This document shows positions 1 to 9,073 of a DNA stretch of 64,000 bases, one piece after another. A program made the position numbers and the translations under genes. Under the pieces are notes generated by a model. The model did no database searches. It had not been told where the DNA came from and worked only from the letters and a program-made list of their open reading frames with translations. Position 1 is the stretch's first letter. Every line of letters begins with the position of its first letter. Origin of the DNA: Methanotrichaceae archaeon (lineage in GTDB: Archaea > Halobacteriota > Methanosarcinia > Methanotrichales > Methanotrichaceae); the NCBI GenBank assembly GCA_963803855.1, contig CAWDNX010000003.1, positions 23,966 through 87,965 of the forward strand, read 5' to 3'.

Positions 1-1
1 T

Positions 2-1204
2 TTTATTGGCTACCAAGTGCCAGTAATAATGCTAAAAAAAGAAACGCCTCTTGAAGCTATTTGCCGAGTTTTCGAAAAGGTCAATACAAATAGAGTTGAA
101 TTGAATATCTTTGACTTATTGACCGCGAGATATGCGGCGTATAGATTTAATCTCAGAGACGATTGGAAGGATAGAGAAATTTATCTTAAAAAACATAAAA
201 TATATAATAATATTAGCAATATAGAGTTTCTTAAGACGGTAACCCTCTTGGCAACTTGGGACCGATTACAGATATATTCCACTAGCAGATCGTTAGAAAA
301 GTCTCCAGAAAATGCTCCCGCGATAAGTTGCAAGCGGAAAGATATGTTCAATTTATCCCTTAATGAATATAAAAAAAATGCACAATTTGCTGAAAGGGGA
401 TTTGAAAAGGCAGCTATCTTGCTGCATGAGTTAAAGATATTCAAAGAACAAGCTATTCCATATAGAACACAACTTATACCCTTAGCTGCTATATTAGGCG
501 TCCTGGGAGATGAAACTGATGAAGCAGGAGTTAGGGAAAAAATCAATCAATGGTATTGGTGTGGTGTCTTTGGTGAACTATACGGAAGCGCAGTTGAAAG
601 CAGGTTTGCTAAGGATCTGCCAGAAGTAGTAAAATGGATTCATGGTGGATCAGAGCCTAGTACTGTGGAAGAATCAAAGTTCATTCCATCACGTTTGCGC
701 AAATTAAAATATTTGCAGAGTGCTGCGTACAAAGGGGTACATACTCTTCTTATCAAATCTGGTTGCCAAGATTTCTTCAGAGGTGGGCCAATCAACGAAA
801 TTGTTTATTTCGAAGAGGAAATCGATATACATCACATATTTCCAAAAGAATGGTGCAATAATAATGGAATAGATCAGGATAGACGGGACTGTATAGTCAA
901 TAAGTCACCATTATCTAAGAAGTCACATAAAAAAATTGGCCGTAAACCACCAAGTGAATATTTGCGTGATATTAGAAAAGCTGCAAAAATTGCGAAACCA
1001 AAACGGATGAATGAAATTTTGGAATCCCACTTAATCGACCCCATAAAAATAGAATCTAATAATTTTAACGCATTCTTCGAAAAGAGGGAACGAAAAATAC
1101 TTGATCTTATTGAAGATGCAATGGGCAAGCCAGTGATAGGTGGGGTAGCTACACCGATTTATGAATCAATGGATGACGAAGTAGATTCTGAGGAATCAAT
1201 ATAG
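2..1204 (+). CDS. GmrSD-like DUF262/DUF1524(HNH) protein, 5'-truncated by window edge
   Basis: Frame open from base 2; YQVPVI..KET..EAIC.VFEKVNT (end of DUF262) and DIHHIFP...IVNKSPL HNH-like motif. Confidence 0.8.
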   Translation, partial: FIGYQVPVIMLKKETPLEAICRVFEKVNTNRVELNIFDLLTARYAAYRFNLRDDWKDREIYLKKHKIYNNISNIEFLKTVTLLATWDRLQIYSTSRSLEKSPENAPAISCKRKDMFNLSLNEYKKNAQFAERGFEKAAILLHELKIFKEQAIPYRTQLIPLAAILGVLGDETDEAGVREKINQWYWCGVFGELYGSAVESRFAKDLPEVVKWIHGGSEPSTVEESKFIPSRLRKLKYLQSAAYKGVHTLLIKSGCQDFFRGGPINEIVYFEEEIDIHHIFPKEWCNNNGIDQDRRDCIVNKSPLSKKSHKKIGRKPPSEYLRDIRKAAKIAKPKRMNEILESHLIDPIKIESNNFNAFFEKRERKILDLIEDAMGKPVIGGVATPIYESMDDEVDSEESI

Positions 1205-1233
1205 CTGTAAGGGTAATGCAAGTGTGATATGTA

Positions 1234-1683
1234 ATGATACCAAAACATTTGTTGATATTGCCATGCTCCAAAAGAAAAAAAAATGAGGAAAATGCCATAG
1301 CTTTGGACATGTATGATGGGCCATTTTATCGAATCCTAAGAAAATATAATTATAATGAAATAGATATAGTCATAATATCTGCCAAATATGGGTTAATCAA
1401 ATCTAACGAATTGATCTCCTATTACGATCAGAGGATGACGGCGGAGAGAGCAAAAGAGATCGCCAGTGAAACAAGATCGAGATTAGAAGTAGTCCTTTCC
1501 AGCAATAAATATAAAAGCATATTCATAAATCTTGGAAAAACTTATATGCTTGCGCTGGATGACAGTCAAGATGTGCTTGAGGGACATAATGCTTATTGGG
1601 TGAAGGGAAGAATTGGAGAGAGACTTCACCAACTCAAGAGTTGGTTATGTCTAATCAGATCTGAAGAGGTTCTTACCTCATGA
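1234..1683 (+). CDS. YaaA-like/DUF6884 small protein (DpdC-like candidate)
   Basis: LLILPCSKRK..A.DMYDGPFY..IISAKYGLI..YYDQRM motif; ATGA overlap with next gene. Confidence 0.7.
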   Translation: MIPKHLLILPCSKRKKNEENAIALDMYDGPFYRILRKYNYNEIDIVIISAKYGLIKSNELISYYDQRMTAERAKEIASETRSRLEVVLSSNKYKSIFINLGKTYMLALDDSQDVLEGHNAYWVKGRIGERLHQLKSWLCLIRSEEVLTS

Positions 1684-4016
1684 TCGATAATCTAGAATTT
1701 GTGAGAGCGGTCGATAATATATTGCATAGGGATATTAGCTTGGAAGGCAATCGCGAGCATAATATTCCTATATGTGCCCCTTCAAACCAATCGTTGTCTG
1801 TCGTCGCAGGGCCTGGAAGTGGTAAAACAACCGTAATTGTTTTAAAAGTTCTTAAGCTCATTCTCGTAGATAATATAGAGCCTTCACTTATATTAGTAAC
1901 TACATTTACTAGGAAAGCCGCATCTGAGTTGAGATCGAGAATTCTGGGATGGGGAGACAGATTAAGGCAGGCTCTTCTCGATGATGAACGATATTCAAGA
2001 ATTCATACAGCACTCGGAGATTTAGACTTTAATGGAATTAAAACAGGTACACTTGATAGTATCTTAGAAGAAGCGCTTAGCGATAATCGAGACCCAGGTA
2101 CCCCCCCACCTACTGTTATTGATGCTTTTGTATCAAACGCATTAATGTTAGATCCAGGAATTTTCAATGAGGGCAGATATAATAATCGAGATCTTCACAA
2201 TTATATATTATACTTGTGTGAGGGGAACTCGTTTGGACTTAATACACCCAAGAAATGTAAAATATTAAAAGATATAAATGACAGAATTCACCATGATCAA
2301 GTTGATATAGAACGATTAAGGCAAGATCATAGGCATGATGGTGCGCGTATCGCCTATGACGCCATTCATGATTATAACCAGGAGCTGGAAGAGAGGCTCC
2401 TTTTCGATTTTGCTGGCCTTGAAGCTGAGTTTCTAAGACAACTACGATTAAGAAGCTTAGATACATTTTTAAGAGACGTAAAATTTATTTTAATAGATGA
2501 ATATCAAGATACAAATCTGCTACAAGAGCAGATCTATTTTGAAATTGCCGAAGCAGCAATAAATAATGGTGGAAGTATTACCGTTGTAGGAGACGATGAT
2601 CAATCCCTTTATCGTTTCCGCGGGGCAACAGTAGATCTATTCCGAGATTTTCCGATGAGAATCTTCAATCAAAAGAGCATCCTTACACAGCTTACATATT
2701 TGACGCGTAACTATAGATCTACACCGAATATAGTATGTTTTTGCAACAATTTCATTTTGCTGGACAATATATTTCAAGAAGCGCGTGTTCAAGATAAGCC
2801 CAGAATAACCCCCTTTAGGCCTGGCGATTTCACAGATTACCCTGTATTAGGAATCTTTCGTGATAATATAAATATATTAGCTAGAGATATATCTAATTTC
2901 GTCCATAGAATCATCCATGGAGATGGTTATCAAATAGTTGATTCCAGAGGAAACCACATTACAATCAGAATTAATCCCATATCAGGCTCTGCTGCAGATA
3001 TTGCAATATTGTGTAGTTCCCCACAAGAGTTGAATTATAAGAACGAACCGAGGTTGCCCCGATTATTGCGCGATGCATTAAGCGAGTTAGATCCAACAAC
3101 CCTTGTTTTCAATCCCAGAGGACAAAACTTGGAACGGATTCCAGAGATTCAGTTACTCTGTGGATTAATATTAGAGTGTATCGATCCAAACGCGTCAGTC
3201 CAAAATAGCATTGATAGATTACCTCAAAATGTGGCTACGATTTTTTTTAATTGGAGATCTATTGCTCAAGATTATTCAGGCAGGAGGGGTAATGAAGACC
3301 TAACACGATTCATAAGGGCCTGGCAGACAAGGACACCCCTAAGAAGAGCAAGATGGGAAACAAGACAAATTGCTTTTATTGATTTAATATATAAATTAGT
3401 TACTTGGATACCCAGCATGCAAGATGATATCGAAGGTTTAGTATATCTTGAAGCACTAACAAGGACTGTAACTCAAGCGGCACTATTCTGCAGCTTTAGA
3501 GCTTCAGTCATTTGCGATCGGGATAACCAAGATTTAGAGCGGGCATCTATCCGGGAGGCAATTCGTAAAATCTTTGCTCCCATCGCAATGGGCGCTATAG
3601 AAATTAATGAAGATTTACTTGACACCTTGCCACGGGATAGAATAAATATTATGTCAACCCACCAAGCAAAGGGATTGGAATTTCCATTAGTTATCGTAGA
3701 TGTAGGTTCTGAATTCAAGATGAATCACCGTATGCAGGCATTCAAGCGCTTTCCAATTAGTGGAGGTGAGACTTGTGTGATGGAGGAAGATCTTAGGCGA
3801 TACTCCGCATTAGACTTGCCAACTCGATCAAATAGAGATAGAGCATTCGATGATTTGATACGACACTATTTTGTATCGTATAGCAGAGCCCAAGATCTCT
3901 TGGTATTGGTGGGATTAAACTCTAACCTGCGTGGCGGAATACCAAATATCGCAACCGGATGGGATAGGAGCGAAAATTGGCATTGGCAGGGATTAAATAA
4001 TATAACACTTCTCTAA
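1680..4016 (+). CDS. UvrD/REP superfamily 1 helicase
   Basis: AGPGSGKT, TFTRKAA, DEYQD, VGDDDQSLYRFRGA, NYRS, STHQAKGLEF, YFVSYSRA motifs. Confidence 0.92.
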   Translation: MIDNLEFVRAVDNILHRDISLEGNREHNIPICAPSNQSLSVVAGPGSGKTTVIVLKVLKLILVDNIEPSLILVTTFTRKAASELRSRILGWGDRLRQALLDDERYSRIHTALGDLDFNGIKTGTLDSILEEALSDNRDPGTPPPTVIDAFVSNALMLDPGIFNEGRYNNRDLHNYILYLCEGNSFGLNTPKKCKILKDINDRIHHDQVDIERLRQDHRHDGARIAYDAIHDYNQELEERLLFDFAGLEAEFLRQLRLRSLDTFLRDVKFILIDEYQDTNLLQEQIYFEIAEAAINNGGSITVVGDDDQSLYRFRGATVDLFRDFPMRIFNQKSILTQLTYLTRNYRSTPNIVCFCNNFILLDNIFQEARVQDKPRITPFRPGDFTDYPVLGIFRDNINILARDISNFVHRIIHGDGYQIVDSRGNHITIRINPISGSAADIAILCSSPQELNYKNEPRLPRLLRDALSELDPTTLVFNPRGQNLERIPEIQLLCGLILECIDPNASVQNSIDRLPQNVATIFFNWRSIAQDYSGRRGNEDLTRFIRAWQTRTPLRRARWETRQIAFIDLIYKLVTWIPSMQDDIEGLVYLEALTRTVTQAALFCSFRASVICDRDNQDLERASIREAIRKIFAPIAMGAIEINEDLLDTLPRDRINIMSTHQAKGLEFPLVIVDVGSEFKMNHRMQAFKRFPISGGETCVMEEDLRRYSALDLPTRSNRDRAFDDLIRHYFVSYSRAQDLLVLVGLNSNLRGGIPNIATGWDRSENWHWQGLNNITLL

Positions 4017-4034
4017 ACGCGAGGATAAAAATAT

Positions 4035-5225
4035 ATGCCGCTATCATCACGACCCACACCATATATAATTCCAGAATATAGTTTAACCGGTGATTTATTA
4101 TCATACCTTACCTGTGGTCTTCAATATAGATACCATAACAAAGGCTCGCTTCCGCCCTCTACTCCAGTCCAATTATGGTTTGGAGAGTTTATACATGGTG
4201 TAATGGAGGAAGCATACCGAGATTGGAATAATAATAAACGAAGATTTCCGTGGACCTGGAACCCGGAAATACGCAATATAGAGCTACAGATTGACAGGAG
4301 ATTAAGGGCAAGAGGGCTTAATCCTCCTCCCAGACTTTTTTGCCCATACAATGCAGGCGATACAAATCAAGGGGTTTGCCCTGACATCAATCACCCCCAT
4401 CAGCTTATTGCTAGTAGAAGAGCAGAATCAGCAATTAATACCTGGGGTTCACACTTATTTCCACTAATAGATGATTGGGAAGTTAGGCTAAAGGGCATAA
4501 GGCCAATGCCCAATTACGAAGAGGGAGTTAGTAGATCTAATTATTATGGGATAACAGGAATAATTGATGTAATAAGTTCTGTGAATCTTCAGAATGCTCC
4601 ATCAGGGAACTTAGTTCTTCATTACTTGCATAATAACTCACAAATACAAGACATCATAGGCAGCTTAACTACTCCTGAATATGAGATCATCATAGATTAC
4701 AAAGGTATGCGAAGGCCGCCATCTAATGATCCGAGTAATAGAACCTGGCAATATCATGAATGGCAAATATTGACCTATGCGTGGCTTCGCTCAAAACAGC
4801 CAGGAGCAAGGCGAGTGGTCGCAGGATTGCTTTTTTATTTCAACGAGCTTGTGCCCCTAAGAGATGATATAGCAAGTTTGAAAAAGGAAATAGTTAGAAA
4901 CCAAACTGATGTGATACCGACGGGATTAGATCTCAAGGCAATTCGCAATTGGAGAAGTAGCGCTCTGTTACCTAATCTTTCGACTACGCTAAAAGAACAA
5001 AGATCGATTAGAATCATTCCTGTCAATAATATTTCGATAGCCAGAAGCCTTGATAATTTTGATGGAGTAGTAGTGGATATCGAGAATTCCGTTTTGGGAG
5101 AATTAAGGGGGAGTCCAGTTAGAAATTGCTGGATAAGTACACCCGTTGAGCGGACATGTGATGCTTGTGATTTTAAGACATTTTGCCCCAACCCAGCCGG
5201 AAATTACGCACCAACGGTCCCATAA
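4035..5225 (+). CDS. PD-(D/E)XK nuclease, AddB/Cas4-like with 4-Cys Fe-S staple
   Basis: N-terminal Cys (YLTCGLQY), GIID..IIDYKG..WQILTY catalytic motifs, C-terminal CDAC...FCP. Confidence 0.85.
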   Translation: MPLSSRPTPYIIPEYSLTGDLLSYLTCGLQYRYHNKGSLPPSTPVQLWFGEFIHGVMEEAYRDWNNNKRRFPWTWNPEIRNIELQIDRRLRARGLNPPPRLFCPYNAGDTNQGVCPDINHPHQLIASRRAESAINTWGSHLFPLIDDWEVRLKGIRPMPNYEEGVSRSNYYGITGIIDVISSVNLQNAPSGNLVLHYLHNNSQIQDIIGSLTTPEYEIIIDYKGMRRPPSNDPSNRTWQYHEWQILTYAWLRSKQPGARRVVAGLLFYFNELVPLRDDIASLKKEIVRNQTDVIPTGLDLKAIRNWRSSALLPNLSTTLKEQRSIRIIPVNNISIARSLDNFDGVVVDIENSVLGELRGSPVRNCWISTPVERTCDACDFKTFCPNPAGNYAPTVP

Positions 5226-5228
5226 GAT

Positions 5229-6581
5229 ATGCAATTAAAATACTTTTTGCCAGATTGGGAAGATCGCCTGGATCCAGATTTTGATTTTATTAACGATAAG
5301 TATTCGATAGGACATATAAAAGACCCGTATGCTAACGATTCTTATGCGCACCAATTGCTGGATTATCCACCCTATGATGGATTGCTAATAAGCTTAAGCA
5401 TATTTGAATCGAAGTTAAAGCTCGTAAATCTGAATGATGCGCCTAAGATTAGGGACCGAGAAAATATTAGGACCTATCTCAAGATACCGAGAAATTCGAA
5501 ATTAAAAGTGATGGGCGATTGCGGAGCATTTAGCTATGTTGATAAAAAGGAACCACCGTTGCCATTTTATAGTGTAGAAAATATAGCCACTATTTATGAA
5601 AAACTAGGGTTCGATTACGGAGTATCGGTTGATCATTTAGTTATGGATTACATTCTCACGAAGGATAAAGAAACTGGTAAGAGAAAAAAAAGATTTCTCA
5701 GCGAAGAAGAAAAAAATGATAGGATTAAAATTACAATAAGAAATGCCGAAAAATTTAAGGTATTCTGTGAAGACAACAAGTACAATTTTGTACCAATTGG
5801 CGTGGCCCAAGGCTATGATACAAAGACATATATTGAATCAGTCAACTCCTTAATCAATTTGGGATATGCATATTTGGCAATTGGTGGACTGGTACAATAT
5901 AATTCTGAATTTATCCTAAATCTTTTAAAGGAATTGCGGCCTTTTATTAAAGAGAGAAAAGTGCATTTATTTGGAATTTTAAGGCCGAAGCATCTAAAGA
6001 CATTTGAAGAAATGGGGATTTCAAGTTTCGATAGCGCGTCCTTTTTTCGAAAGGCTTGGCTTAAGTCGGAACAAAATTATCTCTCTGCGGATGGGAAATG
6101 GTATTCTGCGATACGTGTCCCACAATCATCCAATCCCAGGCTTATGAAAAATGCGGACTTAAACGGATTCTCATCTGAGGATTTAAAGAAAATGGAAAAA
6201 AATGCGTTGCATGCTTTAATCCAGTATGAGGACGGAAAAATAGATATTAATTGTGCACTAAGCACCATTTTAGAATATGATAACCTACTTCTTCGGGGAA
6301 CAAGCGATGTTAAAAATTTAAGACCTCGATACATGCGTACCCTTTTAGATAAGCCTTGGAAATCCTGTAATTGCAGCTTATGTAAAAAGCTTGGAATTCA
6401 TATTGTAATATTCAGGGGATGTAATCGTAATAAACGAAGAGGTTTCCATAATGTCTGGGTATTTAGACAACTCTCACAGAGCGAAGAACAAAAAAATAAT
6501 TTGATTGACACCATGTTTGTAGAGTCTCCACACACCAAATCAGATGGATCGCAATTTCATGATGCTCACCATCGAGGATAA
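5229..6581 (+). CDS. dpdA: DpdA-type tRNA-guanine transglycosylase paralog (7-deazaguanine DNA insertion)
   Basis: YFLPDWED.LDP N-terminus, MGDCGAFSY, SVDH, AQG, IGGLV, HLFG, FDSAS, Zn site CxCxxC..RRGFHN. Confidence 0.82.
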   Translation: MQLKYFLPDWEDRLDPDFDFINDKYSIGHIKDPYANDSYAHQLLDYPPYDGLLISLSIFESKLKLVNLNDAPKIRDRENIRTYLKIPRNSKLKVMGDCGAFSYVDKKEPPLPFYSVENIATIYEKLGFDYGVSVDHLVMDYILTKDKETGKRKKRFLSEEEKNDRIKITIRNAEKFKVFCEDNKYNFVPIGVAQGYDTKTYIESVNSLINLGYAYLAIGGLVQYNSEFILNLLKELRPFIKERKVHLFGILRPKHLKTFEEMGISSFDSASFFRKAWLKSEQNYLSADGKWYSAIRVPQSSNPRLMKNADLNGFSSEDLKKMEKNALHALIQYEDGKIDINCALSTILEYDNLLLRGTSDVKNLRPRYMRTLLDKPWKSCNCSLCKKLGIHIVIFRGCNRNKRRGFHNVWVFRQLSQSEEQKNNLIDTMFVESPHTKSDGSQFHDAHHRG

Positions 6582-6641
6582 TGATAATAGTTTCATGGGT
6601 TAGCAGGTACCCCTAAGTTAAGATAGCTCCTGCATCATCTC

Positions 6642-7088
6642 TCACGTCCCGCAGCTCTCCCCCTCTTCGCCCTCGTGGCTCTCCTCCTTGACATCCTCCG
6701 GCTTGATCTTGCCGATCTTCACCCAGTAGTTCTTGATGGCCGCATGCAGCGCGTCAGCGCCCAGGTTAGAGCAGTGCATCTTCTGGGGCGGCAAGCCTCC
6801 CAGCTCGTCTGCCACATCCTTGCGGGTGATCAGCATGGCCTCGTCCAGGGTCTTGCCCTTGGCCATCTCTGTGACCATGCTGGAGACGGCTATGGCCGAG
6901 CCGCAGCCGAAGGTCCTGAATTTGATGTCGTCTATTTTGTCTTCCTTGACGGTGATGAATATCTCCATGAGATCGCCGCAGACGGGATTGCCCACCTGTC
7001 CGTATCCGTCCGGGTTCTCGATCACCCCCACATTCCGAGGGTTCATGAAGTGTTCCATAACTTCCTTGGAGTAACCAATCTGTGCCAT
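6642..7088 (-). CDS. iscU: Fe-S cluster scaffold IscU/NifU
   Basis: HFMNPRNVG, GNPVCGD, FGCGSAIA, KMHCSNL. Confidence 0.95.
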   Translation of the reverse strand: MAQIGYSKEVMEHFMNPRNVGVIENPDGYGQVGNPVCGDLMEIFITVKEDKIDDIKFRTFGCGSAIAVSSMVTEMAKGKTLDEAMLITRKDVADELGGLPPQKMHCSNLGADALHAAIKNYWVKIGKIKPEDVKEESHEGEEGESCGT

Positions 7089-7100
7089 TTCTTTTCACCT

Positions 7101-8256
7101 TTAAAGCGGAGAGAGAGCCCTCAGCCTTTCTACTGTCTTTTTCGTCGCATTGGCGATTGGCAGGTATCTGATCGGGATTGTTCTGCCTGCCCAGCGTCAT
7201 GATCATGGAGCCATGCGCCTGCTCATGTCTTAAGCCTATGGCCAGAAGCACATGAGAGGGCTCCAAAGTGCGTGAGGAGCAGGCCGAGCCCGTGGATACC
7301 TGAATGTTGAACATGGCATCCATGGTGAGGAGAATGCTCTCCCCCTCAATGCGGCTGAAGCGGAAGCTGGCGTGATGCGGGAGCCGCTTCGTGGGATGAC
7401 CGGTGAGGTACGACTCCTCGATCTTGAGGATCTCCTTGATCAGACCATCCCGGATGGCCTGCAGTCGCTGGCTTTCCTCTGCCTTCTCCAGCTTCGCCAG
7501 CCTTGCCGCCTCGCCAAATCCCGCCAGAGCATAGAGATTTTCGGTGCCGGGCACCAGACCCTTCTCCTGACCGCCGCCGAAAATTACCGGCTGAATGCGA
7601 ACGCCCGGTTTGACGTACAGCGCGCCCGCCCCCTGCGGACCGTAAAGATCGTTCGAGGAAAGGGTGAGCAGATCGATGCCGTCCTTTTGCACATCGATAG
7701 GGATCTTGCCCGCCGCGGCAGCGCCGTCCACGTGCAGAAACTGCCCTTTCTCGTGCACAAGATCGCTCACCTCTTTTATGGGCTGAATGGTTCCAATCTC
7801 GCTGTTGGCGTACATCACCGAGGTGAGGACGGTCTCCTTGCAAAGCAGTCCCTCCAGGACCGCCAGATCGATAATGCCCATGCCGTCCACCGGAACCAGG
7901 GCGAGGTCAAAGCCGCCCTTCTTCAAATCTTTCAGGGGATTAAGCACGGAGATGTGCTCAATTTGGCTAGCCAGCAGCTTCTTGCCTTTAGCGGCGCTTC
8001 GTAGAGCAGCTCCCCGAATGGCCAGGTTGTTGGCCTCGGTGACGCCTGCTGTGAAGACAATGCTCTCCGGGCTTTCTGCATTTATCAGCTCCGCCACTTT
8101 CGCCCGCGCCTCCTCCAGAGCCGCCTTTGCCGCCAGGCCCCGGGAATGCAGAGCCGAAGGATTGCCAAAATCATTGCTTAGATAGCGCTCTGCAAATTCG
8201 GTAACCCTGGGGTCCAGGGGAGACGCAGACTGGTAGTCTAGATAAATTCCGCACAT
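7101..8256 (-). CDS. iscS: Cysteine desulfurase IscS/NifS (one frameshift near 7160; true end ...LRALSPL* at 7101)
   Basis: IYLDY, FGNPSALH, VSTGSACSS; alternative frame restores the normal C-terminus. Confidence 0.9.
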
Positions 8257-8274
8257 ATCAGATCCCTAATATAT

Positions 8275-8655
8275 CTAGAAGCTGATCGTCGAGTCTGCAT
8301 CCAGCGCCAGGTCATTTAATGTTCCGGCTCCGGCAATTTTTGCCTCGGGTATGAAGTCGCCCCGGGCCATGCCAAGGAGCTGTGTGCTCTGCTCGCAGAT
8401 GTACATCTTCACACCGGAGGCGAGGGCCTGGTCGATAACCTCTTTGAGAGAAGGAAAGCTTCCTATCTTGATCTTCTCCGCCTCGCCGGTCTTCATGGCG
8501 GTTATGCCCTTGATCATGAAGAATATAGAGGCTTCCACATCCATCGCCTGAGCCGTCATGCCCAGGATAAAGGGCGCGTAAAGTCTTTCCGGCGTATCCA
8601 GGCCGCTGGTCTGAACGTATAGGATCTTGCTCATAATGATATCACCATCATTCAC
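8275..8655 (-). CDS. DsrE-family protein
   Basis: ERLYAPF..A.AMDVEASIFF..G, MYICEQS. Confidence 0.8.
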   Translation of the reverse strand: MNDGDIIMSKILYVQTSGLDTPERLYAPFILGMTAQAMDVEASIFFMIKGITAMKTGEAEKIKIGSFPSLKEVIDQALASGVKMYICEQSTQLLGMARGDFIPEAKIAGAGTLNDLALDADSTISF

Positions 8656-8669
8656 TATTTTCCGCGCTC

Positions 8670-8924
8670 TTACTTCTTCCTTCTTATCCAGAAGGTAATG
8701 ATATTTCCGGACTTCTCCATCCGGAGGACCTCATGGCCCGCTCGCTTGGCCCAGCGGGAGATGTCTTCCTCGGCAGCAGGGTCGTCCGCTTCTACTTTCA
8801 AGACTTGCCCCACTTCTATGTTCTCAATCTCTTCCTTGGTCTTCGCGATGGGCATGGGGCAAAAGAGGCCCACACAGTCCAGCTCAGCATCCGGTTTCAT
8901 CTCATCATTCATCTTGATTTGCAC
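8670..8924 (-). CDS. tusA: TusA/SirA sulfur carrier
   Basis: LDCVGLFCPMP, DDPAAEEDI. Confidence 0.9.
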   Translation of the reverse strand: MQIKMNDEMKPDAELDCVGLFCPMPIAKTKEEIENIEVGQVLKVEADDPAAEEDISRWAKRAGHEVLRMEKSGNIITFWIRRKK

Positions 8925-9073
8925 CTCGAATGGCTAATAGTATTGATATTGGTTTCTTCGGCCAAATATCTATTCCCTCAATGCTTTAAGATTGATCTAA
9001 AAGATGCAGCGTTGCAAGAGATAGTCTCCCGAAGTTTTTATAACTGATTATTACCATAATAAAAAGGACAAAC

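Noticed and set aside
5229-6581. Housekeeping archaeosine tRNA-guanine transglycosylase
   Set aside because: Lacks the PUA-type C-terminal domains, has a DpdA-type N-terminus, and sits in an AT-rich nuclease/helicase operon
6766-7100. Long C-terminal extension of IscS overlapping iscU
   Set aside because: Caused by a frameshift near 7160; the other frame ends normally at 7101
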